From assembly GCA_003135555.1 (NCBI GenBank), contig PLCF01000085.1, positions 184,589 to 248,588 on the forward strand: a DNA stretch of 64,000 nucleotides, in the 5' to 3' direction. The position numbers were made by a program, and so were the translations under genes. The stretch is from Vulcanimicrobiota bacterium (lineage in GTDB: Bacteria; Vulcanimicrobiota; Vulcanimicrobiia; Vulcanimicrobiales; Vulcanimicrobiaceae). The stretch's first letter is position 1. Each line of letters opens with the position of its first letter. The notes beneath the pieces are model-generated. The model ran no database searches, was not told the origin of the DNA, and worked only from the letters and a program-made list of their open reading frames with translations. Below, piece by piece: positions 1-9,681 of the stretch.

Positions 1-1900
1 CTGCGGGGTTCAACGACTGCGCGTTACAATATTGATAGACCTCCGCCAGCATCGCGGCGAATGCCGGAGCACCCCACGACGTTCCATATACGTGAAACCA
101 GCCTTGCTGATAGATGGCGTCATATTCGGCGGGCATGGCGATGTCAGGGACATTTCTCATTTTCGTCGATGCGACGCCGGGTAGACCGACCTGGTAGGCG
201 GGAAGGCCGAATGAGGCCGAAACGCCTCCTCCGGTTCCGGCCGGCGATCCAACCGCAGAATCGTTCCACGCGGTGGTGCTCGTCAGTGTGAATCCCGCCG
301 GACGGTACGTCTCGGTGCCGCCGACGCCGATCACGTTCGGGTCACTCGCCGGGTAGCTCGCGCCGACCTCAAAGACGTCGCATTCGTTGCCAGAATCGCC
401 CGAGGACGCGACGAACGCAATCCCGTTGCTGACGCCCTGGGCAATTACGGTGTTCATACTGTACTGGCCGACCGAGCCGGGAGATTCGCAGCCTCCGAAG
501 GACGAGTTCACGATGGCAGCGGTATGATCGGTGATGATCTGATTGTACCCATCGACTATTGATGCGTAGCTCAGGTCGGGAATGACATAGGTAGTGACGT
601 TCGCCCCAGGCGCCAGACCGGCGATCGTCTCGTTGTCGAGCGACGCTTCACCTTGGTCGGGGCCGATGCCGGCGCCGCCGTCAACCATCGTGGAAGCAAT
701 TCGGCGGCTCGTGTGCGGTGTCTGGAAGTACGACAGATATGCGGCAAGGTCGTTACCGTCGAAAGCCGAGTCTATGACGATCGCGACGGTTAGGCCCGTT
801 CCGTCGAATCCGCTCTGAACGGGAAAGTTAAACGCGTTCGCGACCGCGGTTGGCCCCCACCCATTGGTCGGACTCAGGTTCGGGCCGGCGAGCGGTGTAC
901 CGTTCCCAGGCTGCACTGTCGGGGTCGGCATCGGAGTTGGCGTGGCGTTGCTGACGGCGGTCACCGGGGCCGCATAGATCCCGCCCGCGCTCCCGATTGC
1001 ATAGACGTGCCGACTGTCCGTTGCGACGCTTACACCTCCGCCGGTCATCTGCGTCCACGTGCCCGTGTTCAAGTCGTTGTACCAAAGTGGATAGCCGTTC
1101 GGACTCGCCGGAAATCCGAGCACGAACATCCCGCCGTTGGAGGTGGGAGCCATCTCCACGCCGCCGCCGCCGAGTTGATGAAAGCCGTTGGCCGCATTGT
1201 AGTACCAGAGATCACCGGGCGTGTTCAGCACCCACAATGTTCCCGGCGTGATGGTGCCGAGGTGCGTTCCGAGGTCCCAGGATGCGGCCACGCGGATGCC
1301 GCCGCCCGGGAGTTGCGTCCATGCGCCGTTCGCGTAGTGCCAGGCTCCGCGGCCGAATGGGCCGCCGCCTTGATTCGAGATGACGTAGACCGAGCCGTCG
1401 GGTCCCACCGAGATGTCGCTGGCGCCGCCGGCGATCTGGGTCCATGAACCGGTATAGTGAAAGATCCCGCCGGCTGCCGTGACCGCCCACAGCGTGTTGT
1501 CGGGAGCCACCGCAAGGCGCGTCGCGCCGCCCGAGATGTTCGACCAAGCACCGTTCGCGTAATGCCAGATCGCTTGGTCCGGGCCGGCGCCTTGGTTCGA
1601 GAGCACCCAGATCGAGCCGTCGGGGCCGGCCGCCACGAAACTCGCCCCGCCCGGTATTTGCGTCCATCCCAGCGGCTGGATCGCAATCTGCGGCCGGATC
1701 GACGTCATGGCGGAGGGTGGCAACAGCGTCGTTCGTGCCATTGGCGGAGCGGGGATCAGCGCAGGCGAGACGGATCTGACGGTCGGCACGTCCACTGCCG
1801 GGACCGCGCTCACGCTACCGCGCTGACCGCCACAGCCCCCAACCAACAACGCGACGGCGAGGAGCGCAAGCGCTCCGAACCGGGTCCGGACTACCCGCAC
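1..1900 (-). CDS. Lipoprotein: N-terminal tectonin-like beta-propeller + S53 (sedolisin/kumamolisin) peptidase domain; 3' end runs off the window
   Basis: Not in the ORF track (no stop in window); translated by hand. GGAGG then GTG at 1900, MRVVRTRFGALALLAVALLVGGC lipobox, propeller repeats, Pro/Thr linker, then S53 motifs GEASLDNE, VASSGDSG and YGTSWGAP (Ser codon at 77-79, same frame as the start). Confidence 0.85.
   Translation of the reverse strand, partial: MRVVRTRFGALALLAVALLVGGCGGQRGSVSAVPAVDVPTVRSVSPALIPAPPMARTTLLPPSAMTSIRPQIAIQPLGWTQIPGGASFVAAGPDGSIWVLSNQGAGPDQAIWHYANGAWSNISGGATRLAVAPDNTLWAVTAAGGIFHYTGSWTQIAGGASDISVGPDGSVYVISNQGGGPFGRGAWHYANGAWTQLPGGGIRVAASWDLGTHLGTITPGTLWVLNTPGDLWYYNAANGFHQLGGGGVEMAPTSNGGMFVLGFPASPNGYPLWYNDLNTGTWTQMTGGGVSVATDSRHVYAIGSAGGIYAAPVTAVSNATPTPMPTPTVQPGNGTPLAGPNLSPTNGWGPTAVANAFNFPVQSGFDGTGLTVAIVIDSAFDGNDLAAYLSYFQTPHTSRRIASTMVDGGAGIGPDQGEASLDNETIAGLAPGANVTTYVIPDLSYASIVDGYNQIITDHTAAIVNSSFGGCESPGSVGQYSMNTVIAQGVSNGIAFVASSGDSGNECDVFEVGASYPASDPNVIGVGGTETYRPAGFTLTSTTAWNDSAVGSPAGTGGGVSASFGLPAYQVGLPGVASTKMRNVPDIAMPAEYDAIYQQGWFHVYGTSWGAPAFAAMLAEVYQYCNAQSLNPA
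968..1900 (-). repeat. Duplicated signal peptide + propeller module, copy A (paralogous to 3781-4717)
   Basis: Long near-identical stretches, e.g. gagatgtcgctggcgccgccggcgatctgggtcca at ~1410 and ~4224. Similarity ends right after the last propeller blade. Confidence 0.9.
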
Positions 1901-1960
1901 CCTTGCCTCCAAGAAAACGCCGCCGAGAAAAGGCCCGAAGAGAGCGGCTGCGGCGGGACG

Positions 1961-1999
1961 GTTCATTCTAGCCCAAGCGTGGTATGCCGTATAGCCCGA
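1961..1999 (-). promoter_or_regulatory. Putative promoter shared by the two propeller-protease genes (copy A)
   Basis: Sense TCGGGCTATA-N15-GGGCTAGAATGAAC with a TAGAAT -10-like box; same blocks and spacing at 4780-4818. Confidence 0.5.
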
Positions 2000-2128
2000 T
2001 TGGGATCATTGCCTGCGCAACACCATCGCACGGAGTCGCCGATACGAAGTAGCGGCCCCACCGAAGGGAAACAAGACCAACCTAAGCCCTCGGCCAGTTC
2101 GTGCGATGCTCTTGAGGCTACGGCTAGA

Positions 2129-4717
2129 TCAGCGCTGGACGACACCTACGCTGAGCCCGAAGCCGCCGCCGAGGTCCTTCCCCGAGAGATTTTGGTTGAG
2201 CGCGTTCGCGCCTACCGAGTAGTACGCGAACGTGCCGATGTACGGGCTCGCATTCGACGGTAAGGCGGTCGTTGCCGGGCTGCCGACCGCCAACGTGCGC
2301 CCGAACTGATCGGGGTAAGCGGTCGGCAGGCTTAGCGTGGCGATTCCGAAGCGCGGATCCGAAGTCGCGCCGGTTCCCGATGCGGCGACGGCGATCGCGA
2401 AGTCCGAGATAAGCGTCTGCGGATTCGTGCCGGTCGCCTGCTGCAGCGCCGCGTAGCCGGTTTGCGAGCCGAGCATCGCGTGCAGGTACGTGTCGCCGCC
2501 GAACCGGTCATAGAGGTAGCGCTGAAACAAATACGCCTCGCCGTAACAGCCCGAGCAGGCAGGCTGCGGCGACGCCTGGCCTGCGTCGATCCCGAAAAAC
2601 GCAGTGAGTGCGAAGTTCTGCGGCGCGCTCGTGAACAGGTTTGCGAAGTACAATGCATCGGCTGCGTCGTGGGCGAGCCCGAACTTTCGGTTCACCGCGA
2701 AGTCCTGCGCGAGCATCGACATACCTTCATTGATCCACGAATCTTCGCTGGGCGCATCGTTGAGGATCGCATGGTCGACGAAGTTGATGAGGTGCTGGAG
2801 CTCGTGCGCCGTCCCACGCACGAGATCTTCGTCGGTCTCATAGCTTGTCGAGCTGCTCGTGTTCCATCCGACATAGATGAGCGGCGCTTCGTTCGAATGT
2901 GGAATGGTCTGGGCAGTGTACGCTGGGCCGCCGCCGTTCGGCGTTGTCCCGATCAGGCAGTTCCACGCCGTTTGATAAAAGTAATCGGCGACGGTGAAGT
3001 AGCCACCCACGCCGGAACCGAGGGCGCTGGTGTTGATGACGAAGGCGTTGATCTTCGAGTCGGGCGGCACGACGAACGCGGGCACGGTGGTGCCGGTCCG
3101 CGTGCCGTTGCTGTCGCACGCAGTGTATGGACCCTGGGTGAAACCCGGCGCGGTCGCGGTGAAACCGGTGGGCCCGTAATGGGTGGTGTCGGAGGCATAC
3201 GAGTTGTCGAGGTCTGCCGCTAGCTTCGCGAGCGTCGTTGAGGTGAAAGCGGGAGTGCCGACGAGGCTGTCATCGACCCAAACGTAGCCGTTGTTTGCAA
3301 TCGCCTCGAGCGTCGCACCTACATGCACGTAACTCCCCGAGGAGGATCCGATCGCAAAGACGCTCACCCAGAACTGCGTGTGCGTCCCAACAGTCGTTCC
3401 GAGTGCGCTCGTGCGCCGGACCGCGAGCGGTCTATTCGTCCCGTTTGGTGCGCGCTGCAGCCGTGAGGTAAGCGCGGCGATCTGCACCCGAGTTTCGGCC
3501 GGTCGCTCTCTGTCGTGTCGCTGCCCCGATGGCTCCGTAACGCGCACCGACAGCGGCTGTCGGCGGGTGGAAAGCACGGTGCTGCCGAGGTTGAACGCGA
3601 GGTTGTCCGAGGTCAAACCCGAGGAACCGTCAGGGGGGAGTTCGACGGTGGAGATGCCGACCACGGTCGCGCTGCTCTGCACCGATGCCAACTTGCCGGC
3701 GAACGAACCGGTGGTGGTCGGCGCGAGGTAGCCGACGACCGGCGCTGTGGGCGTGCCGCCGCCACCGCCGCCGGTCAACGGCGCCCGATAGATGCCGCCG
3801 CCTGCCGCGATGATGTACAAGGACGACGCGCTTGCCGCGATGCCGATGGCCGTACCGGACTGCTGCGTCCACGTGCCGGTGCTCAAGTCGTTGTACCAGA
3901 TCGGATAGCCCGTCGGACCAGCGGGAAATCCGAGCACGAAGATTCCGCCATTGATGGTCGGCGCCATCTCGACGCCGCCGCCGCCCGGACGGTGGAAGCC
4001 GAAGGTCGTATTCCAGTACCAGAGGTCACCCGGCGTGTTGAGCACCCACAACGATCCCGGTGTGAGGTTGCCGAGGTAGGTCCCGGCGTCCCACGAGGCG
4101 GCGACGCGGACACCGCCGCCGGGCAGCTGGGTCCAGGCACCGTTCGCGTAGCGCCAGGCGCCGCGCCCAAACGGGCCCCCGCCCTGATTCGAGATGACGT
4201 AGACCGAGCCGTCCGGACCCACTGAGATGTCGCTGGCGCCGCCGGCGATCTGGGTCCACGAACCGGTGTAATGATAGATCCCGCCGGCTGCGTTGATCAC
4301 CCATATCGAGTTGTCCGGAGCGACTGCGAGGCGCGTTCCGCCACCCGAGATGTTCGACCATGCGCCGCCGGCATAGTGCCAGATCGACTGGTCCGGTCCG
4401 GCGCCTTGATTCGAAAGCACCCAGATCGAGCCGTCGGGCGCGGCCGCGACAAAACTCGCGCCGCCGGGGATCTGCGTGAATCCCCCGAGCGAGATCGCGC
4501 TCTTGGGCATCCGAATCGACGTCATCGCCGACGGCGGCAAGATCGCGGTGCGTGCCATCGGCGGCGCCGGGATCAGCGCGGGCGAGACGGATTGGACGGT
4601 CGGCGCGTCGACCGCCGGGATTGCGCTGACGCTGCCGTGCCGGCCGCCACAGCCTTGAACAAAAAGCGTGATTGCCAGGAGCGTGAAGCCCCCCAGCCGC
4701 GTCCGGGTCAGCAGCAC
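2129..4717 (-). CDS. Lipoprotein: tectonin-like beta-propeller + gluzincin (M30-like) Zn-metallopeptidase
   Basis: Lipobox FVQGC; repeats of type (V/I)xVxPDGS(I/V)WV...IYHY..W; Gly linker; GTAHELQHLIN (HExxH) with downstream WINEGMS. Confidence 0.85.
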   Translation of the reverse strand: MLLTRTRLGGFTLLAITLFVQGCGGRHGSVSAIPAVDAPTVQSVSPALIPAPPMARTAILPPSAMTSIRMPKSAISLGGFTQIPGGASFVAAAPDGSIWVLSNQGAGPDQSIWHYAGGAWSNISGGGTRLAVAPDNSIWVINAAGGIYHYTGSWTQIAGGASDISVGPDGSVYVISNQGGGPFGRGAWRYANGAWTQLPGGGVRVAASWDAGTYLGNLTPGSLWVLNTPGDLWYWNTTFGFHRPGGGGVEMAPTINGGIFVLGFPAGPTGYPIWYNDLSTGTWTQQSGTAIGIAASASSLYIIAAGGGIYRAPLTGGGGGGTPTAPVVGYLAPTTTGSFAGKLASVQSSATVVGISTVELPPDGSSGLTSDNLAFNLGSTVLSTRRQPLSVRVTEPSGQRHDRERPAETRVQIAALTSRLQRAPNGTNRPLAVRRTSALGTTVGTHTQFWVSVFAIGSSSGSYVHVGATLEAIANNGYVWVDDSLVGTPAFTSTTLAKLAADLDNSYASDTTHYGPTGFTATAPGFTQGPYTACDSNGTRTGTTVPAFVVPPDSKINAFVINTSALGSGVGGYFTVADYFYQTAWNCLIGTTPNGGGPAYTAQTIPHSNEAPLIYVGWNTSSSTSYETDEDLVRGTAHELQHLINFVDHAILNDAPSEDSWINEGMSMLAQDFAVNRKFGLAHDAADALYFANLFTSAPQNFALTAFFGIDAGQASPQPACSGCYGEAYLFQRYLYDRFGGDTYLHAMLGSQTGYAALQQATGTNPQTLISDFAIAVAASGTGATSDPRFGIATLSLPTAYPDQFGRTLAVGSPATTALPSNASPYIGTFAYYSVGANALNQNLSGKDLGGGFGLSVGVVQR
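3781..4717 (-). repeat. Duplicated signal peptide + propeller module, copy B
   Basis: Aligns by eye with 968-1900 at nucleotide and protein level. Confidence 0.9.
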
Positions 4718-4779
4718 CCTGTGCCCTCCGAAACTCGTCCGCCGACTTCTGCCGAGCGCAGCGTCTTGAGCGGGGAGCA

Positions 4780-4818
4780 GTTCGTTCTAGCCCCTATGTG
4801 CTACGGCCTATAGTCCGA
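4780..4818 (-). promoter_or_regulatory. Putative promoter shared by the two propeller-protease genes (copy B)
   Basis: Sense TCGGACTATA-N15-GGGCTAGAACGAAC, matching 1961-1999. Confidence 0.5.
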
Positions 4819-4868
4819 CCGTTCGGACCGGGAGAGTTTTCGTGGCCGCACGAACACCGCGGCCGGTC

Positions 4869-5882
4869 ATGGCACATCGACGCTGGCTGGTCACGGGCGG
4901 GCTCGGCTTCATCGGCTCGTCCTTCGTTCGGCTCGTGTTGGCCGAGCGCGCCGACCTCGCGATCACGGTGCTGGACGCGCTGACCTATGCCGGCAACCCC
5001 GCCAACCTCGCCGAAGTAGCCGCCGACCCGCGCTACCGCTTCGTAAAAGGCGATATCGCCGACGCCAAGGCGGTCGACGCGGCGGTCGGCGACGGCGTGG
5101 ATGCCGTGGTGAACTTCGCCGCGGAGAGCCACGTCGACCGTTCGATCCTCGACCCCGAGGCGTTCATCCGTACCGACGTGATGGGGACGCACGTGCTGCT
5201 CGAAGCGGTCCGGCGGCACGCGATCGCCCGCTTTCTCCAGGTTTCGACTGACGAGGTCTACGGCGACGTCGAGCAGGGCGCGTCGGTCGAGGACGATCCG
5301 ATCCGCCCGCGCAGTCCGTACGCCGCCTCGAAGGCCGGCGGCGACCTCCAAGTGCTGGCGTATTTCGCGACCTTCGGGACGCCGGTCCTCATCACGCGCG
5401 GCTCGAACACCTACGGCCCGTACCAGTATCCCGAAAAGCTGGTCCCGCTCTTCGTGACCAACCTCCTCGAAGGCGAGACGGTCCCGGTCTACGGTGACGG
5501 GGGCCAGATTCGGGACTGGCTCTACGTCGACGATCACGCCCGCGGGATCGCTCACGTGCTCGAGCACGGCACCCCGGGCGAGGTCTACAACCTGGGCGGC
5601 GGCAACAGCCGCACCAACCGCGAGATCACGCACGAGCTGCTGCGCCTGACCGGGCGCACCTGGGACGAAAGCGTCCGCCACGTCACCGACCGCCCGGGGC
5701 ACGACCGGCGCTACGCGCTGGACTCAGCCAAGGCGCGGACGCTGGGCTGGACGCCGCGGGTGGACTTCGCCGCCGGCCTAGCCGACACGGTCGCTTGGTA
5801 CCGCGCCCGCGAGGACTGGTGGCGCCCGATCAAATCCGGCGAGTTCCGCGACTACTACCGCCGCCAATACGCCCTCCGCTAG
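4869..5882 (+). CDS. rfbB: dTDP-glucose 4,6-dehydratase
   Basis: VTGGLGFIGS, DALTYAGN, AAESHVDRSI, VSTDEVYG, YAASK, DRPGHDRRYA; start moved to ATG 4869. Confidence 0.95.
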   Translation: MAHRRWLVTGGLGFIGSSFVRLVLAERADLAITVLDALTYAGNPANLAEVAADPRYRFVKGDIADAKAVDAAVGDGVDAVVNFAAESHVDRSILDPEAFIRTDVMGTHVLLEAVRRHAIARFLQVSTDEVYGDVEQGASVEDDPIRPRSPYAASKAGGDLQVLAYFATFGTPVLITRGSNTYGPYQYPEKLVPLFVTNLLEGETVPVYGDGGQIRDWLYVDDHARGIAHVLEHGTPGEVYNLGGGNSRTNREITHELLRLTGRTWDESVRHVTDRPGHDRRYALDSAKARTLGWTPRVDFAAGLADTVAWYRAREDWWRPIKSGEFRDYYRRQYALR

Positions 5883-6034
5883 CGAAGAATAGCCGCGCCG
5901 ATGTACAAAGCAGCATGGTGATGGACCGAGCGCAGCAGCATCTTCCGCGTACCGTCAGGTCGTTGCGAGGTCGAACCTGGGGGCCCCACGCAAAGCGTGG
6001 GGGGCGCGCAGCGAGAGCGGAGCGCCGTTAGACC

Positions 6035-6772
6035 GTGAAGGGCATCATACTCGCAGGGGGGCTCGGCACCAGGCTCCGTCCCTTGACGAAGGTCACCAAC
6101 AAGCATCTGCTGCCGATCTACGACCGGCCGATGATCTACTATCCGCTGCAGACGCTGTGCGACGCCGGGATCAGCGAGATCATGATCGTCACCGGCGGCA
6201 ACAGTGCCGGCGACTTCCTCAAGCTGCTCGGCAACGGGCGCGAGTTCGGGCTGCCGCACATCGCGTACACCTATCAAGAGGGCGAAGGCGGGATAGCCGA
6301 CGCGCTGCGGCTGTGCGAGCATTTCGCCGCCGGCGATCCGGTGGTGGTGATTCTGGGCGACAACATCATCCAGAACAGCATCGCCCCGTTCGTGCGGCGG
6401 TTCGAGAAGCAGGGCTCGGGTTGCCGCTTGCTGCTCAAGGAGGTCGAGGACCCGCAGCGCTTCGGCGTCGCCGAGCTCGACGGCGAACGGATCGTCGCGA
6501 TCGAGGAGAAGCCCAAGGTTCCCAAGAGCAACTTCGCGGTCACCGGGATCTACATGTACGACAACCGCGTGTTCGACCACGCGCGCGACCTCAAGCCGTC
6601 CGCACGCGGCGAGCTGGAGATCACCGACGTCAACAACGCCTACATCCAGGCCGGCGACTGCTGCTACGACGTGCTCGACGGCTGGTGGACCGACGCCGGC
6701 CAATTCGAGTCGCTGTACCGGGCGACGCAGCTCGTCGCCGAGGAGCGCGTGAAGAAGCTCGCGCCGGCGTGA
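6035..6772 (+). CDS. rfbA: Glucose-1-phosphate thymidylyltransferase (short form)
   Basis: MKGIILAGGLGTRLRPLT, LGDNI, EEKP, SARGELEITD. Confidence 0.92.
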   Translation: MKGIILAGGLGTRLRPLTKVTNKHLLPIYDRPMIYYPLQTLCDAGISEIMIVTGGNSAGDFLKLLGNGREFGLPHIAYTYQEGEGGIADALRLCEHFAAGDPVVVILGDNIIQNSIAPFVRRFEKQGSGCRLLLKEVEDPQRFGVAELDGERIVAIEEKPKVPKSNFAVTGIYMYDNRVFDHARDLKPSARGELEITDVNNAYIQAGDCCYDVLDGWWTDAGQFESLYRATQLVAEERVKKLAPA

Positions 6773-7656
6773 GCGCCGGCCGCATCGCGATCGTCGGCGC
6801 GTCGGGCCAGCTCGGGTCCGCGCTCGTCGCCGCGTTCGCCGGACGCGACCTCGTCACGCCGCGCCACGCCGAGGTTCCGTTCGACGATTCGAGCGCGGTG
6901 TGTAAGCTGCTCGACAAGGCGCATCCCGAAGTCTTGATCAACTGCTCGGCGTTCCACAACGTCGACACCTGCGAGCGCGAGCCCGAGCGTGCGTTCGCGG
7001 TCAACGCGCTGGCCGTCGACGGCGCTGCCGAGGCCTGCGCCGCGCGCGGGATCGCCTTCGCCACCATCAGCACCGACTACGTTTTCGAGGGTACGTCGAG
7101 CCGCCCGTATCGTGAGGACGATGCCGTCGCTCCGCGCACCGCCTACGGTGCCTCCAAGGCCGCCGGAGAGTTTCTGACCCGCCGTCACGGCCCGCGGCAT
7201 TGGATCGTGCGCACCAGCGGCGTCTTCGGGACGATCGGTACCTCGAACAAGGGCTACACGCTCATCGAGAAGGTGTTGCGCCAAGCCGAGCGCGGCGAGC
7301 CGACGCGGATGGTCTCGGACATGATCTTTTCGCCCTCGTACGCGCCGCACGTCGCCCGCGCCATCCGCGATCTCATCGATGCCGCAGCGTTCGGAACGCA
7401 CCACGTCGTCAACGTCGGGGCGTGCAGCTGGTACGAGTTCGTGCGGACCGCGTTCGTCAAGGCCGGGTTGCCCGACGCGCCGCTCGAGCCGACCACCTAC
7501 GCCTCGATGGGAAATCCGACGCTGCGGCCGATGTCCTCGGCGCTGGAGAACACGACCTTCGCGCGGGCCGAGATCGCGCCGCTGCCCGCGTGGGAGTCCG
7601 CGCTCGACGAGTTCCTCGCCGCGCGCGCCGCTCGACTCGCCGCGGCGCGCGCTTAG
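6769..7656 (+). CDS. rfbD: dTDP-4-dehydrorhamnose reductase
   Basis: GASGQLG, ISTDYVF, YGASK; GTG start overlaps the rfbA stop (3' part of ORF 6157..7656). Confidence 0.9.
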   Translation: MSAGRIAIVGASGQLGSALVAAFAGRDLVTPRHAEVPFDDSSAVCKLLDKAHPEVLINCSAFHNVDTCEREPERAFAVNALAVDGAAEACAARGIAFATISTDYVFEGTSSRPYREDDAVAPRTAYGASKAAGEFLTRRHGPRHWIVRTSGVFGTIGTSNKGYTLIEKVLRQAERGEPTRMVSDMIFSPSYAPHVARAIRDLIDAAAFGTHHVVNVGACSWYEFVRTAFVKAGLPDAPLEPTTYASMGNPTLRPMSSALENTTFARAEIAPLPAWESALDEFLAARAARLAAARA

Positions 7657-8489
7657 AGCTCGTCGACCGCGCGAGCGACCTGCTCGACGCTGATGAATGC
7701 GGCCGCCTCGTTGAGGTGGAACATGTCGTGCGCGAACTCGTCGCGCAGTCCGCCGCCGCGCTCGGTCGCGTCCCACGTGTCGATAAAGACGTTCCCGGTC
7801 TGAGCGCAGACCTCGGCCAGCAGCCCGTTGAGTATCCGGATGCTGCCGCTGCGGACGTGCAGCGATGCCTGCACGGAGAAATGCGCCGCGATCGTATCAC
7901 CCTCGAGCGGCGGCGGCATGATCGACTGCACGAACACGCGCTCGAGCCCCCATGACTTGAGCGTCGCCAGGCCGCGGGTGAAGGCGACCAGGCTGCGCCG
8001 TGCGAGCGCGGCGAACTCGTCGAGCGCCGGCTGCGGATCCGCGGCGCTGAGCCGATCCGGACCGATTTCGAGCCAGAACTGCGGTACGTCGAGCGCCCCG
8101 CACAGCAGGACGACGATCGGCGCGGTGCGCGGCCGGCCTTCGATCGTCGCGACGACGCGCCAGTGCAGGTCGGGCGATAGGTTGTAGGCGCTCAGCGTTC
8201 CGTCTGCGCCCTCCACGACGATGTTTTCGCTCAGCAGCGCTCGCATGACCGCCGGGTTGAGCGCGCCGTCCGCGCCGCTGAAGTCGGCGATGCGCAGCCC
8301 GGGACAGTACGCGGTGCGCGCGACGTAGTGCCGGGTTCGCCGTCCTTCGTACCGGTAGACCCGATCGCGGAAGATCAGCGCCGAGCTGTCGCCGATGAAG
8401 TAGATCGGCGTCGCGCGCGCGACGGTCGTGAGCGCGGCGTCGCGGTCCGGCCATGCGTGCTCGTCGGGCCGGTGGTCTTGGGCGCTCAT
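7653..8489 (-). CDS. SGNH/GDSL-like hydrolase-fold hypothetical protein
   Basis: IYFIGDSS near the N-terminus and DMFHLN (DxxH) near the C-terminus; ATG 8489 chosen; resembles 35832..36650. Confidence 0.6.
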   Translation of the reverse strand: MSAQDHRPDEHAWPDRDAALTTVARATPIYFIGDSSALIFRDRVYRYEGRRTRHYVARTAYCPGLRIADFSGADGALNPAVMRALLSENIVVEGADGTLSAYNLSPDLHWRVVATIEGRPRTAPIVVLLCGALDVPQFWLEIGPDRLSAADPQPALDEFAALARRSLVAFTRGLATLKSWGLERVFVQSIMPPPLEGDTIAAHFSVQASLHVRSGSIRILNGLLAEVCAQTGNVFIDTWDATERGGGLRDEFAHDMFHLNEAAAFISVEQVARAVDEL

Positions 8490-8576
8490 ACACGACGAGT
8501 GACGGCACGCGGCGCTCGATTCCTGCGGATACAGGTCACGGCGGAACCCGCGGCCGGCACGCGGAACAACGCCGCG

Positions 8577-9608
8577 ATGAACGTGCTGGTCACCGGCGGC
8601 GGGGGATACATCGGCCTCGAGTTGTCCCGTCAGCTCCTCGAACGCGGCGACACGGTGCGCGTCGTCGATCGCTTTTTCTTCGGAGACGCACCCTTGGCGC
8701 GGCTGGCCGAACAGAGCGGCACAGCGTTGACGTACGTTGCCGGCGACGTGCGCGAGCTCGATCCAGGCTGGCTCGAGGGCGTCGACGCCGTGTCCCACCT
8801 CGCCGGCCTGTCGAACGATCCGACCGCCGAGTACAACCCCGACGCCAACTGGCAAATGAATGCCATCGCGACGGAGCGCCTGGCCGAGGCGTGCAAGGCG
8901 CGCGGGATCGCGCGCTTCGTCTTCGGCTCGTCCGCGTCGCTCTACGACGGTATCGGTCCGGGGATGTTCGACGAGCGGACGGCAGTGCAGCCGCGCGGAG
9001 CCTACTCGTTGTCCAAGAAATACGCCGAGGACGCGCTGCTGCGCTTGGGCGACGCGCGTTTCGCGCCGGTGGTGCTGCGGCAAGGCACCGTGTACGGCTG
9101 GTCGCCGCGGATGCGCTTCGACCTCGTCGTCAACACGTTCCTCAAGGATGCGGCGACGGTCGGGAAGCTGTACCTCCACGGCGGCGGGTGGCAGTGGCGC
9201 CCGCTGGTGGACGTCGGTGACGTCGCCCGCGCGCACATCGCGTGCTTACATGCGTCCGCCGACCTCGTGGGCGGCGAGATCTTCAACGTGATGCAGGAGA
9301 ACTACCAGGTGCGCCAGCTGGCGATGCTGGTCGCCGGATCGCTGTCGCTGCGCGGCCGGGTGGTGACGCTCGAGGAAGCGCCGCTGCCCAAGCTCGTGCG
9401 CGACTACCGGATGTCGAACCTCAAGCTGACGCAGCGACTTGGTTTCACGCCCGCGGTAACGGTCCTCGAGTCGATCGACCTGATGCTGCAAAGCCTTCCG
9501 CTCGACGACGTCGCCTGGCTCGCGAACCCGCGCTGGTACAACATCGCCTGGATGAGCTTGCTCGAAGAAGTTCACGCCTCGCAGCGCCCCTTCGCGTCGA
9601 TTTACTGA
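8577..9608 (+). CDS. NAD-dependent nucleotide-sugar epimerase/dehydratase (extended SDR)
   Basis: MNVLVTGGGGYIG, LAGLSND, YSLSK, RMRFDLVVN. Confidence 0.9.
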   Translation: MNVLVTGGGGYIGLELSRQLLERGDTVRVVDRFFFGDAPLARLAEQSGTALTYVAGDVRELDPGWLEGVDAVSHLAGLSNDPTAEYNPDANWQMNAIATERLAEACKARGIARFVFGSSASLYDGIGPGMFDERTAVQPRGAYSLSKKYAEDALLRLGDARFAPVVLRQGTVYGWSPRMRFDLVVNTFLKDAATVGKLYLHGGGWQWRPLVDVGDVARAHIACLHASADLVGGEIFNVMQENYQVRQLAMLVAGSLSLRGRVVTLEEAPLPKLVRDYRMSNLKLTQRLGFTPAVTVLESIDLMLQSLPLDDVAWLANPRWYNIAWMSLLEEVHASQRPFASIY

Positions 9609-9681
9609 GCGCTCGGCAGCCGGCATGGGTTCACTAGGTGGCGCGGGGCGAAAGGATAGGGTTCCGTCACACCTTGCGGTC

